Origin: a virus
Strand: one strand, 5' to 3'
Virus record (IMG/VR): IMGVR_UViG_3300032323_002905
Span: 25,453 to 89,452 of that record
Length of the DNA stretch: 64,000 nt
Shown piece by piece: positions 10,442 to 21,047 of this stretch. The notes under the pieces were generated by a model, which worked only from the letters and a program-made list of their open reading frames with translations, ran no database searches and had not been told where the DNA came from. Within the stretch, counting starts at the first letter, position 1. The number at the start of each line of letters is the position of its first letter. A program made the position numbers and the translations under genes.

Positions 10442-13400
10442 CTATTTATTTTTAAGTTGTTCTTCTAAATTAATTACTTTATCATTTAGTTCTTGAATAG
10501 CAGCAATTAACAATGGTACTACCTTTTCATATTGTACTGTTAAATAATTTTCTCCTGTTTTACTTACTATATTATTGTTCTCATCTTTAGTAACATCAAA
10601 TGGAGCTGGTTTTACTGCTTCTGGTAATATTTTTTGTATATCTTGAGCTATAACTCCAACTTGTCTTTCTGTATTAGATTCAAAATAAATATCTGCTAAT
10701 TCATTTTGATAATAAGTTACCGCTCTTAATGAATTAACTTTATTTAAAGCACTTTTAATTGGTTCTAATCCTTTTTTAAGTCTTTCATCTGAGTAATATG
10801 CTGTTATATTTCCTGTTGCATTTATAGAACCACTAACATCTAATGCTACTGCTGGGGCTGTAATACCAATACCTACATTACCACCATTAACCATAGACAT
10901 AACTTCATTTCCTCCACCATCAACAAATCTTAATCTATCTGTTGTACCACCATAATATATTTGAAAAGCATTAGTGTTATTACCTAATCTTATTCCAGAT
11001 CTAGATGTTGTATTGTTACCATTTGAAGCGTCTCTTTTTATATCTAAAAAAGTACCCTCTTGTGAAGCATACATTGTAGCTCCATTAGAAATAGATAATT
11101 TACTTGTTGGACTAGTAGTACCAATACCTACGTTACCTGAACCAGACATAACCACAGTTTGACCACTTGTACTTCCTCCAGGATAAAATGCTAAAAAGGA
11201 ACTAGCACCTGAGTTAGCTGCTATTGTTGGTATATTAGCTCCATAGGCTCCACCCCAAGTTAAATTATTTCCACTTGCTAAGTTAACAGAACCATTAATA
11301 TCCAATTTAACCACAGGTGATGTTGTTCCAATACCTACATCACCTCCACTAAGTATAGCTAATCTTGTTGCACCAGCAGTTCCTAATCGTAAACTAGCTA
11401 CAGCTTCACCCATCATTACTAAGTTACCTCCACCACCAGCATTGTATTGTAAATATCCAGTACGAGTATTATTAGCTGTGTTATAAAAAGATATATAAGC
11501 AGCATCATTTTGTAAACGTAATAATTCCGCTGCTCCTGCTATTTGTAATAATGAACCATCAAATGTTAGATTAGATTCTCCATTAAATGGAGTTCCAGAA
11601 TCTCCTGTAGCTGTTACTACATAATTATTAACATTATTAGATATTGAGGTTGCCGCTGCTAAACCTGAAATACCTGAAGTACCTACTTGTCCAGAAGCAC
11701 CACTTGCTCCTGAAGCGCCGCTAGCACCGGATAAACCTGAAATACCAGATGTACCAACTTGTCCTGATGCACCTGATGCTCCTGAAGCACCACTAGCACC
11801 TGAAGCACCACTTGCACCTGATAATCCTGAAATACCACTTGTACCTACTTGGCCTGAAGCACCTGATGCTCCGCTTGCCCCTGAAGCACCTGAGGCACCA
11901 CTTAGTCCTGAAATACCTGAAGTACCAACCTGTCCTGAAGCGCCACTTGCGCCTGAAGCTCCTGAAGCGCCACTTGCACCTGAAGCACCTGATAATCCTG
12001 AAATACCAGATGTACCAACTTGTCCTGAAGCACCACTAGCACCTGATAGACCAGAAATACCTGATGTTCCTACTTGTCCAGAAGCACCGCTTGCGCCTGA
12101 AGCACCTGAGGCACCACTTAGTCCTGAAATACCTGAAGTACCTACTTGGCCTGATGCACCTGAAGCGCCACTTAAACCTGAAATACCACTTGTACCTACT
12201 TGACCTGAAGCTCCTGATGCTCCGCTTGCTCCTGAAAGTCCTGAGATACCTGAAGTACCTACTTGGCCTGATGCACCACTAGCCCCTGAAGCTCCTGATG
12301 CTCCACTTGCGCCTGAAAGTCCTGAGATACCTGAAGTACCTACTTGGCCTGAAGCTCCTGAAGCACCGCTTGCACCTGAAGCTCCTGATAAACCTGAAAG
12401 TCCTGAAATACCTACTTGGCCTGATGCACCACTAGCACCTGATGCTCCTGATAAACCTGATATACCACTTAATCCTGAAATACCACTTGTTCCTACTTGG
12501 CCTGAAGCCCCACTAGCACCTGAAGCACCTGAAGCGCCACTTAAGCCTGAAATACCTGATATACCAACTTGGCCTGAAGCACCACTCGCTCCTGAGGCTC
12601 CTGATAAACCACTTATACCTGAAGTACCTACAGTACCACTTAAGCCTGAAATACCTGAAGTACCTACTTGGCCTGATGCACCACTAGCACCTGATGCTCC
12701 TGATAAACCTGATATACCTGATAAACCTGATGTTCCTGCTGCTGTTGTTGTAATAACATCACCAGTTGTAGTAACAGCTAATAACGCCGCTACAGATCCG
12801 GGAAATGCTCCTGAACCTGTGTACGCAGCTAAGTTCATCTGTCTAGAACCTAAACTCCATGATGCTACAGAAGCATTTGATGTAGTTGAAGTACCTCTTA
12901 ATATTCTGATAGTATTTTGCCAGTTATCAATCATTGAACCTGATGTCCAAGATGTACCTGGTTGTAATGTTAATTGACCGCCTTCATCTGGTCCTAATGG
13001 ACCTAAATATAAATTAGATTCTGTACTTGTATTTGTAGTACCAATAGCAACTACACCATCTTTTGTTATATTAAATACACTACCTGTTGCACTACCTGAA
13101 GCAGTAACACTAATATAATTTGCTGTTTGTCCTGCTGCTCCTCTAACTTGTAAACCACCAACTGAAGATGTAATATTAATTACTTCTACAGCATGGGTAG
13201 GTACAGGTGTTAAACCATAAGCACCATTTATAAAACTTGTATAATAAGAAGCAAACTGTAATCTATTAAAAGGAGCATCAGCTCCATATGTACCACCTTG
13301 GAATGTGACGTTATTATTAGACCCACCTGAGCCTGAATTTTTTATTTGGAAATAAGCTGTTTGTAAATTGTCTGCCCACCCTCCAACATTAGAAGTAATT

Positions 13401-16400
13401 CTAAGTTGAGCTGAATCAGTAGAATTTCCTCCGGCATTACCTTCTAATATTAATGAACTAGCTAAAGTTTTAATATTAGGAGAAGCATTATTAGGTCCGT
13501 TTAATACTAAACTACCTGTAAGGTTTAATATACTACCATCAAATTGTAAATTAGCTTCTCCATTAAATGGAGTAGTTGAGTTTCCTGTTGCTGTTACAAC
13601 ATAGTTATTTACATTATTAGTAATTGCTGTTGCTGCTGCTAAACCTGAAATACCTGAAGTACCAGATAATCCACTTATACCAGATGTTCCTGATAAACCT
13701 GAGATACCTGAAGTACCACTTAAGCCTGAAATACCTGACGCACCTGATAAACCACTTATACCAGATGTACCAACTTGTCCTGAAGCACCACTTGCGCCTG
13801 ATGCTCCTGAAAGTCCTGAAATACCTGATATTCCACTTAAACCAGATATACCTGATATACCACTAGTACCTGAAGCTCCGCTTGCTCCTGATGTACCACT
13901 TAATCCTGAAATACCTGAAGTACCACTTAAGCCTGAAATACCGCTTAAACCTGATAAACCTAAGGTACCACTTAAACCTGATAGGCCTGAAATACCAGAT
14001 AGACCTGATGAACCTGATAGACCTGATAGACCTGATTCTCCTGAAAGTCCTGAGATGCCTGATAAACCTGATATACCTGATAAACCACTTATACCTGACA
14101 AACCTGATAATCCAGAAAGTCCTGAAAGACCTGAATTACCTATAGAACCTACTGTTGTTATAACAAATGAATAGTAAGCGCTACCTTCTGTATAATATAC
14201 AACTGAATGTGATGTTGAGTCATCATTATTTAAATACAATCTAACAATCATTCTGTTAGTTGGATCTATAGTTGTTGTAGGTAATACTATATCAACATTA
14301 GTTTCAACTGGTGTTGAAGCATTTACCCATCCAATTAAAGCATCACTAGATGTTATAGCAGGACCAATAGGAGTACCTGATGAATTAGCTAATTGTATTT
14401 CACAATAAGCATTAATTTGATCATTAGATGCTTGTTTTAAATAATTAAAATGGAATCTTTGAATACCTGCTGGTATTACCGCGAATCCTAATTGTGGAGT
14501 TATATAATCTGAAACAAGAACTCCTTGCTGATTTCCTGTTAAATTTGTTGTTAATGTTTGTTGAGAAGCTGTTGATGGAGTAGCAGCTAATACTTTGTAT
14601 CCTGAAACATCTGAATTTTGACTTTCATTAAAATAATATGTTTGACCTGCTGTTATACCAGTTGCTCCACTTAAACCTGATATACCTGATAAACCAGAAA
14701 ATCCTGATAATCCAGAGATACCTGAAAGACCGGATAAACCAGAGATACCTGATAAACCTGAAATCCCTGATAAGCCTGATATACCACTTAAGCCTGATAT
14801 ACCTGATATGCCTGAAAGTCCTGAGATACCAGATAAGCCACTTAAACCAGATTCACCTGATAAACCTGAAATACCTGATAAGCCTGATATACCACTTAGA
14901 CCTAAAAGTCCTGAAATACCAGATGTACCTGAAAGTCCTGATAGACCTGATAGACCTGAAATACCACTTAAACCTGATAGACCTGAGATACCTGATAAAC
15001 CACTTAGACCTGATAAACCACTTAGACCTGAAGTAGCTGTAACTCCTAATGTAGTTACTAAATATGAATAATGTTGTGTGCCTTGAGTATAAAAATTAAC
15101 AGTTTTAGGTGAAGGTTGATTATTATTAACATATATTTTATAAACTAATCTATCTGTTGGGTCTAATATAGCTGTTGTAGCTACAGCATTATTTTTAACT
15201 TCAACAGGTGTTGTGTTATTTGTATCCCAACCTAATTGTATAGTATCTGATGTGAATAACAAGGTTTCGACACTACCTGTAGTATATTTAGATATAGTGT
15301 AGTAAGAAGTAATATTATCATTTACAGCAGGTTTAGTAAAATAACTATATGAATGCCATATTCCATTTGGAATTACAGATACACCAGGAACATCATTATC
15401 TGTTATCCATCCTGAATCAACTATAGCATTTTGTTGACTCGCTGATAAATTTACTGGGATAACTTGTTCAGATGCTGATACTGTGAATTTACTTAATTGA
15501 AAGTAAGGAGATGAACTACCTGAAGCTGAAGAATTTACAAAGAAATTTTGACCTCCTGAGTTTCCATTTTCTCCACTTAATCCTGATATACCTGAAAGTC
15601 CTGATAAACCTGATATACCTGAAATACCACTTATACCTGATAATCCTGAAAGACCAGAATCACCATTAGTCCCTGATAAACCACTTAAACCAGAATTACC
15701 TGATAAACCACTTAAACCAGAAATACCAATTCCACTTAAGCCTGAAATACCTGTACCACTTAAACCTGAAATACCTGAATTTCCTTCTAAACCACTTAAA
15801 CCAGATAGACCTGAAACTCCAAAGCCATTTAAACCAGAAATACCTTCTAAACCTGATATACCACTTAGACCTGATAAGCCAGTTCCACTTAAACCTGATA
15901 TACCAGAATTACCTGATAAACCACTTAAACCAGATGTACCAAATAAACCAGAGATACCTTCTAAACCACTTAAACCTGAGAGACCAGATAAACCAATACC
16001 ACTTATACCTGATATACCACTTAAGCCTGAAGTACCTTCTAAGCCACTTAAACCAGATATACCACTTATACCAGATATACCTGATATACCTGAAAGTCCT
16101 GAAATACCTGATTGACCAGATAAACCTGAAGTACCTATACCACTTAATCCTGATAAACCGCTTGTTCCTATTATACCTGATATACCACTTAAGCCTGATA
16201 TACCTGATAAACCTGAAATACCTTCTAAACCACTTAAACCTGAGAGACCAGAGTCACCACTTAAACCTGAAATACCTTCTAAGCCTGAAAGACCTGAAAG
16301 TCCTGATATACCTAAAGTACCACTTAAACCAGAGATACCTGAAATACCTGAAGTGCCAATAGTTCCACTTAAACCTGAAATACCTGAAGTACCACTTAGT

Positions 16401-16972
16401 CCACTTATACCAGATATACCTAATGTTCCTGAAAGTCCTGAAATACCTGAAATACCACTTAGACCTGATATACCACTTATACCTGATAAGCCTGATAAGC
16501 CTGACAAACCTGAGCGACCACTTAAGCCTGAAATACCTGATAAACCAGATGTACCAATTCCACTTAAGCCTGACAAACCTGAGCGACCACTTAAGCCTGA
16601 AATACCACTTGTACCTAATAAACCTGATATTCCACTTATACCTGAAAGTCCTGAAGTACTATTTCCACTTAAGCCTGAAAGTCCTGAAAGTCCTATTCCG
16701 CTTAAACCTGAAAGACCAGATAAGCCAATACCACTTAAGCCTGAAATACCACTTAAACCAGATAATCCTGATAAACCAGATAAACCAGATTGACCATTTA
16801 AACCTGATAAACCTGATAATCCTGATAAACCAGATTGGCCATCTAAACCTGATAAACCAGATACTCCTCCTCCACCTCCACTACCTGAAGTAGGTACTTG
16901 AAAGGAAGCTAAAGATACTTGATCTAAAAATCTTACATTGTTTCTTGGTATAGAGTTATTTATTCTGGCCAT
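10442..16972 (-). CDS. Long tail fibre with Gly-X-Ser repeats and a C-terminal intramolecular chaperone (peptidase S74-type)
   Basis: 2176 aa; four G-X-S tracts, GNVGIGT repeats, and C-terminal YYSDERLKK...VGVIAQ...QYEKVVPLLIAAIQEL auto-cleaving chaperone. Confidence 0.9.
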   Translation of the reverse strand: MARINNSIPRNNVRFLDQVSLASFQVPTSGSGGGGGVSGLSGLDGQSGLSGLSGLSGLNGQSGLSGLSGLSGLSGISGLSGIGLSGLSGLSGIGLSGLSGLSGNSTSGLSGISGISGLLGTSGISGLSGRSGLSGLSGIGTSGLSGISGLSGRSGLSGLSGLSGISGISGLSGISGISGLSGTLGISGISGLSGTSGISGLSGTIGTSGISGISGLSGTLGISGLSGLSGLEGISGLSGDSGLSGLSGLEGISGLSGISGLSGISGIIGTSGLSGLSGIGTSGLSGQSGISGLSGISGISGISGISGLSGLEGTSGLSGISGISGIGLSGLSGLSGLEGISGLFGTSGLSGLSGNSGISGLSGTGLSGLSGISGLEGISGLNGFGVSGLSGLSGLEGNSGISGLSGTGISGLSGIGISGLSGLSGNSGLSGLSGTNGDSGLSGLSGISGISGISGLSGLSGISGLSGENGNSGGQNFFVNSSASGSSSPYFQLSKFTVSASEQVIPVNLSASQQNAIVDSGWITDNDVPGVSVIPNGIWHSYSYFTKPAVNDNITSYYTISKYTTGSVETLLFTSDTIQLGWDTNNTTPVEVKNNAVATTAILDPTDRLVYKIYVNNNQPSPKTVNFYTQGTQHYSYLVTTLGVTATSGLSGLSGLSGLSGISGLSGLSGISGLSGLSGLSGTSGISGLLGLSGISGLSGISGLSGESGLSGLSGISGLSGISGISGLSGISGLSGISGLSGISGLSGLSGISGLSGFSGLSGISGLSGATGITAGQTYYFNESQNSDVSGYKVLAATPSTASQQTLTTNLTGNQQGVLVSDYITPQLGFAVIPAGIQRFHFNYLKQASNDQINAYCEIQLANSSGTPIGPAITSSDALIGWVNASTPVETNVDIVLPTTTIDPTNRMIVRLYLNNDDSTSHSVVYYTEGSAYYSFVITTVGSIGNSGLSGLSGLSGLSGISGLSGISGLSGISGLSGESGLSGLSGSSGLSGISGLSGLSGTLGLSGLSGISGLSGTSGISGLSGTSGASGASGTSGISGISGLSGISGISGLSGASGASGASGQVGTSGISGLSGASGISGLSGTSGISGLSGTSGISGLSGTSGISGLAAATAITNNVNNYVVTATGNSTTPFNGEANLQFDGSILNLTGSLVLNGPNNASPNIKTLASSLILEGNAGGNSTDSAQLRITSNVGGWADNLQTAYFQIKNSGSGGSNNNVTFQGGTYGADAPFNRLQFASYYTSFINGAYGLTPVPTHAVEVINITSSVGGLQVRGAAGQTANYISVTASGSATGSVFNITKDGVVAIGTTNTSTESNLYLGPLGPDEGGQLTLQPGTSWTSGSMIDNWQNTIRILRGTSTTSNASVASWSLGSRQMNLAAYTGSGAFPGSVAALLAVTTTGDVITTTAAGTSGLSGISGLSGASGASGASGQVGTSGISGLSGTVGTSGISGLSGASGASGASGQVGISGISGLSGASGASGASGASGQVGTSGISGLSGISGLSGASGASGASGQVGISGLSGLSGASGASGASGASGQVGTSGISGLSGASGASGASGASGASGQVGTSGISGLSGASGASGASGQVGTSGISGLSGASGASGQVGTSGISGLSGASGASGASGASGQVGTSGISGLSGASGASGQVGTSGISGLSGASGASGASGASGASGASGQVGTSGISGLSGASGASGASGASGASGQVGTSGISGLSGASGASGASGASGASGASGQVGTSGISGLSGASGASGASGASGQVGTSGISGLAAATSISNNVNNYVVTATGDSGTPFNGESNLTFDGSLLQIAGAAELLRLQNDAAYISFYNTANNTRTGYLQYNAGGGGNLVMMGEAVASLRLGTAGATRLAILSGGDVGIGTTSPVVKLDINGSVNLASGNNLTWGGAYGANIPTIAANSGASSFLAFYPGGSTSGQTVVMSGSGNVGIGTTSPTSKLSISNGATMYASQEGTFLDIKRDASNGNNTTSRSGIRLGNNTNAFQIYYGGTTDRLRFVDGGGNEVMSMVNGGNVGIGITAPAVALDVSGSINATGNITAYYSDERLKKGLEPIKSALNKVNSLRAVTYYQNELADIYFESNTERQVGVIAQDIQKILPEAVKPAPFDVTKDENNNIVSKTGENYLTVQYEKVVPLLIAAIQELNDKVINLEEQLKNK
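11660..16862 (-). repeat. 9-bp-period coding repeats (Gly-X-Ser) in four blocks, about 11660-12735, 13640-14135, 14665-15035 and 15570-16862
   Basis: Degenerate 9-mers. The distal block has the higher-order unit GASGAS-GQV-GTS-GIS-GLS. Confidence 0.95.
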
Positions 16973-16973
16973 G

Positions 16974-17870
16974 TTATAATTCGTTTGCTATTATTATAGT
17001 AGAAGGTTTTGCTTGAGCTGGGATTAATGGTATGTCTGACAAGGTTGATTCTATTCCTACAATAATCTTGCTTTTACTTGAAAATTTCTTAATAGAGTTT
17101 AAATCTTTTTGTAACACTTCTGGAACTATATAGCCATATACTTTAATATTAAAAGTACTTCTAACTAATCGTTCAGCAGTATTTTGTAATTCTGTTACTG
17201 TATTAAATGTATCAATACGAGTTTGGAATTGGAATTGTTCTGGGTTGCCCCAGTATGCATCAGAAGCGTATTCAATTGCTTCTACTATTTTGTTTAATTG
17301 TTCTACATAGTAAGTAAATACTACACAACTATAAGTTAATGTTAAATAATCAGGTACTACTGAAGCATAATATGTAGTAACTGGTCTTCTGTTAGTTAAA
17401 ACATTAAAATTACTATATACATTATTTGGAGAATATTGTTTTTCTGTTACTGTATAGTTATTAGGTTTATTAGCGTCTAATTTGTTAGCTATAGTTCTAT
17501 TTTTTTCTATACTATCTCTTTTAAACATAATAAGTGGAGCCATAATAGCGCCATTTACATCTCTATAATATCCATCTTTTTGATATGATTTCCATTTTTC
17601 AGGTGAACCATATATAACAGGAACTTCTATTCTTTCTTCATTTTGTACTACATAAGGTCTAATAACATTTTGAAAGTAATACATAATAGCTCCATCAATA
17701 TCTTCAAGACCAATACTAAAAGGTTTAGTATCATCATTCCTAAATGAAGTTTGTGTACCTCTATTAGGATTATTAGATTTATTAGGGTTACCTCTTTCAA
17801 CATCAAAAGGTACTTGTTGATCTACAAGTATTTGTTTTTGTGTTTTAGGTATAGGTATTCTTCCAGCCAT
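16974..17870 (-). CDS. Tail terminator / sheath stabiliser (T4 gp15-like)
   Basis: VPVIYGSPEKW, PLIMFKR and VEQLNKIVE motifs; follows the two neck genes. Confidence 0.7.
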   Translation of the reverse strand: MAGRIPIPKTQKQILVDQQVPFDVERGNPNKSNNPNRGTQTSFRNDDTKPFSIGLEDIDGAIMYYFQNVIRPYVVQNEERIEVPVIYGSPEKWKSYQKDGYYRDVNGAIMAPLIMFKRDSIEKNRTIANKLDANKPNNYTVTEKQYSPNNVYSNFNVLTNRRPVTTYYASVVPDYLTLTYSCVVFTYYVEQLNKIVEAIEYASDAYWGNPEQFQFQTRIDTFNTVTELQNTAERLVRSTFNIKVYGYIVPEVLQKDLNSIKKFSSKSKIIVGIESTLSDIPLIPAQAKPSTIIIANEL

Positions 17871-18418
17871 TATAATCTTGCTTTAGTTATATTTACTCTA
17901 TCTTGTGGTACATAATGACAATCACAAACAACTGATTGATCCCAACCAAAGTTTTGTAATCCTGGGTTTAAAGGATTTACATCATATGGATAATCAGGAT
18001 CTTTACCTACAAATTGTTGATTCATAATTACATTATCTACTTCAAAATAACCATTTTGGAATAAAATAATATCTCCTACTTGTGGTACTAAATTAGCTCC
18101 ATAAAATTCAGTATCAATATTATAATCATAATTTTTATTTAATAAATCATCTTTTAAGAATGCTGCTTTTATACCCCAAACTAAATCAGGACCTAAATCA
18201 CTTGTAGGGAATGCTTGGTCATTTCTTTCAATTAAACAATTTAATAAAACAGGTCCTATATAAAATTTACCTTCTACATTTTCACCATACATATTAACTC
18301 TAGTTTGACCTAAGTTATACTTATAGTAAGCAACCTGTTGAGTAATAACATTACCCATTAATTCTCTATTAATATATCTTAAAGCTGAAACATCTCTTGT
18401 ACTTCCAAATAATGCCAT
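17870..18418 (-). CDS. Neck / head-closure protein (T4 gp14-like)
   Basis: NMYGE and PQVGDIILF motifs; position in the neck cluster. Confidence 0.65.
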   Translation of the reverse strand: MALFGSTRDVSALRYINRELMGNVITQQVAYYKYNLGQTRVNMYGENVEGKFYIGPVLLNCLIERNDQAFPTSDLGPDLVWGIKAAFLKDDLLNKNYDYNIDTEFYGANLVPQVGDIILFQNGYFEVDNVIMNQQFVGKDPDYPYDVNPLNPGLQNFGWDQSVVCDCHYVPQDRVNITKARL

Positions 18419-18421
18419 TTT

Positions 18422-19642
18422 TTATGCTATATAAATTACCATTGGTACTTGATTTATTTCTGTTACACGTGCAGCTGATTCAGCTGCTCTTCTTTCAAGT
18501 AATGCTTGACGAGAAGTTTGATCAAAATATTCTCTTAATCTTAAAATTAAAGCGTCTTTAGTTGCTGTAGCTGAAGCTAATAAATCTTGTTGATTTAAAG
18601 TTACTTCAGCATTAGGAATAGGAACAGTACTATATTTTCCTCTAACATATCCTAATATTTCTTTAGTTAATGCTAAAGTGTATTCATATATCCAACTTCT
18701 ACCTACTGAATTAAGTTTATTATAATTTGGATTAGTGTAAGGTACATTTGATGTATTAGTAATTTTATTTGTACCATCTCCAAAAGCTGAATCTAATCTT
18801 TCTTGTAATACAATGTATTCAAAATTTAAATACATTCCATAATCTAAACTAGGGTCAATTTCTTCATTGAAAAATCCAGTTCCTGGTACTGGGAATACAG
18901 ATATTACATTGTTTGTAATTTCAAAGGTATAATTAGATAATGTTATAGTATTTTGCATCTCAATAGCTTGGATAGTTTGAGCTGTAAAACTTGTAGGCAT
19001 CATTAAATAATTTGTATAACCCATTCCTAAACCATAAGCACCTGCTGCTGGTACACCACCTAAACCTCCTGCTAATGTCCCTAAGAAAGGAGCAAACATT
19101 TGAGATACTGCTGGTGGTGGTTGATAGAATACTCTTTTAATTTCAATTCCACCTACAATACCTTGAGATTCAGCCCAAGCCTTTAAATCATATCTTTGTA
19201 CTCCAGGAGTTAAAGTTAATCTACCTTTTCTCCAAGTTACATTACCTCCTGAACCAGCTTCTTCTCCATATTGTTCAGATAATCTAACAATATTAGCCAT
19301 TGATGGTGTAATTAAAGCATTATCAGCATCAATAGATGTTGAAGCTCCTTCAAATGAAAGATAATTATCTCTAGTTAAAAAAGCATATAATTCATTTCCA
19401 TATGTAGTAACTGCTTCTTCAAAAGCAGCATATATGTTAATATCTTGAAGTTCAATACCCATAATAGGATATCCTAATCTACGAGTAACAAACATAGCTA
19501 CACTATCAGCATCTGTTTTAAATTGAGCTTCATTATCATAAAATCCAAACGGAGTAGGAGGGATTCCTGATGATGGAGTAGTATAATAAGATGCTGATAC
19601 TTGAGCAAATGAACTAGAACCAGGCCAAATAGGTATATTCAT
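18422..19642 (-). CDS. Neck / head-tail adaptor (T4 gp13-like)
   Basis: RRLGYPIMGIEL and WIYEYTLALTKEILGYVRGKYSTVPIP..VTLN match gp13 motifs. Confidence 0.8.
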   Translation of the reverse strand: MNIPIWPGSSSFAQVSASYYTTPSSGIPPTPFGFYDNEAQFKTDADSVAMFVTRRLGYPIMGIELQDINIYAAFEEAVTTYGNELYAFLTRDNYLSFEGASTSIDADNALITPSMANIVRLSEQYGEEAGSGGNVTWRKGRLTLTPGVQRYDLKAWAESQGIVGGIEIKRVFYQPPPAVSQMFAPFLGTLAGGLGGVPAAGAYGLGMGYTNYLMMPTSFTAQTIQAIEMQNTITLSNYTFEITNNVISVFPVPGTGFFNEEIDPSLDYGMYLNFEYIVLQERLDSAFGDGTNKITNTSNVPYTNPNYNKLNSVGRSWIYEYTLALTKEILGYVRGKYSTVPIPNAEVTLNQQDLLASATATKDALILRLREYFDQTSRQALLERRAAESAARVTEINQVPMVIYIA

Positions 19643-19651
19643 ATTATTTTA

Positions 19652-20074
19652 TTAAGTAGTTACAATGTAATATTCTATTGATGCAGCACTTCCTGTAGGT
19701 TGAGCTTTCACAGATTTAATATCACTAAAATTAAAACCACTTTCACTACCAGTCATTTTACTTGTTGATATCATATATGAACTACCAGTAGAAATTAAAT
19801 AACTCATTGCTTCTGTTGAAGAAGATATGATTAATTTAACTGGAGCTACAGTTGAATTATTAGTTACTCTAATGTATTGAATACTACTTGTTACAAATGT
19901 TCCAGCACCAGGTACTGAGTCCATTGAGAATAATGTAGTAACTGAACCTGTAGGTATACTAAGAATTCTGTTATCTACAAAATTAACATTGTTAATAGTG
20001 TTAGTAACAGAAGATCCTACATTATCTCCATTTAAAGTTAAAATTTCAAATATTTGGGAAGTGAAAGTTGCCAT
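19652..20074 (-). CDS. Probable virion structural protein
   Basis: 140-aa beta-rich, S/T-rich ORF in the head-neck cluster, with the TATTTATA motif upstream. Confidence 0.6.
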   Translation of the reverse strand: MATFTSQIFEILTLNGDNVGSSVTNTINNVNFVDNRILSIPTGSVTTLFSMDSVPGAGTFVTSSIQYIRVTNNSTVAPVKLIISSSTEAMSYLISTGSSYMISTSKMTGSESGFNFSDIKSVKAQPTGSAASIEYYIVTT

Positions 20075-20112
20075 GCCTTTTAATTATAAATATCGAAAAA
20101 ATATGGTTCCTA

Positions 20113-20826
20113 TTATTTAAGTTTAATATTAGTCATACCTCTTTCGTAAGCATCATTATATAATTCAATTAAATCTTCAACTATCGGATTTCTATGATTA
20201 GTAGTTAATTTAATACCAATCAAATTTTTAATTTTTGAAGCAGCTGTATATAAGAATTTAAATCCAGAGTCACGTTTATTTTTTAAATCTACTTGATTAT
20301 CATCACCACATATTATCATTTTAGAATCAATACCAATACGAGTAACTATCATTTCCATTTGTTCATGTGTTACGTTTTGAGCTTCATCTACAATAACAAT
20401 TGAGTTAACAAATGTTCTACCACGCATAAATGATACAGGTACAATTTCTATATTACCTTCATTAATATGTTTTTCTATAGCAACTTTATCATATAATAAA
20501 AACATGTTTTGATAAATTGGTTGAACCCAAGGATCCATTTTTTCTCTTAAGTCACCTGGTAAAAAGCCAATTTCTTCTTTTGATACTGTAGGTCTAGTAA
20601 TAATTACTTTTTCTACTTCTTTTATAAATAGCTTTTCTAATGCTATTTGGCATGCTAATAAGGTTTTACCTGAACCGGCTGAACCAGCTAATAATGTAAC
20701 TGTATTATTTAAAATTTTTTCCTTTGCTTGTTTCTGTTCTTCGTTTAATTGAATTTTAAATTTAATTGGATTTTTGGGTTTGCGTTTTTCCGTGAAGATC
20801 TCGTCCTCATGATGATTTGAACTCAT
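20113..20826 (-). CDS. phoH: PhoH family ATPase
   Basis: GSAGSGKT Walker A, IGFLPGDLREK, MRGRT, VDEAQN, GDxxQVDL and HRNPIV motifs. Confidence 0.95.
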   Translation of the reverse strand: MSSNHHEDEIFTEKRKPKNPIKFKIQLNEEQKQAKEKILNNTVTLLAGSAGSGKTLLACQIALEKLFIKEVEKVIITRPTVSKEEIGFLPGDLREKMDPWVQPIYQNMFLLYDKVAIEKHINEGNIEIVPVSFMRGRTFVNSIVIVDEAQNVTHEQMEMIVTRIGIDSKMIICGDDNQVDLKNKRDSGFKFLYTAASKIKNLIGIKLTTNHRNPIVEDLIELYNDAYERGMTNIKLK

Positions 20827-20995
20827 AATACAGTTGTTTAGTAAATAAAATTGTTGATTTGTTGATTAGCCCGTCTAATACAGCGGGTAAATAAGAGATA
20901 ATATAATTGTATATATTAATATTAAAATTGATATTAAGCGGTATTATTGTGAATTTTCCACTCATAAAACTTATTAGTTTCTAATAAATATAAAC

Positions 20996-21030
20996 AAAAA
21001 AAGGACTCGCTATGCGAGTCCCTTCTTTTT
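20996..21030 (-). terminator. Rho-independent terminator after the major capsid gene
   Basis: GGACTCGC-ATA-GCGAGTCC stem followed by T7 on the minus strand; the other side is also T-rich, so it may be bidirectional. Confidence 0.85.
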
Positions 21031-21047
21031 ATTCTATTAATTTAGAA

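Noticed and set aside
11660-16862. Repeat tracts as a CRISPR array or satellite
   Set aside because: No constant repeat with unique spacers; variation follows synonymous codons within a reading frame.
1289-16893. Many plus-strand ORFs (PEIPDK..., LKYLINL...) and an alternative-frame minus ORF
   Set aside because: These are shadows of the 9-bp Gly-X-Ser repeats and of the coding strand's codon bias; they have no independent start signals.
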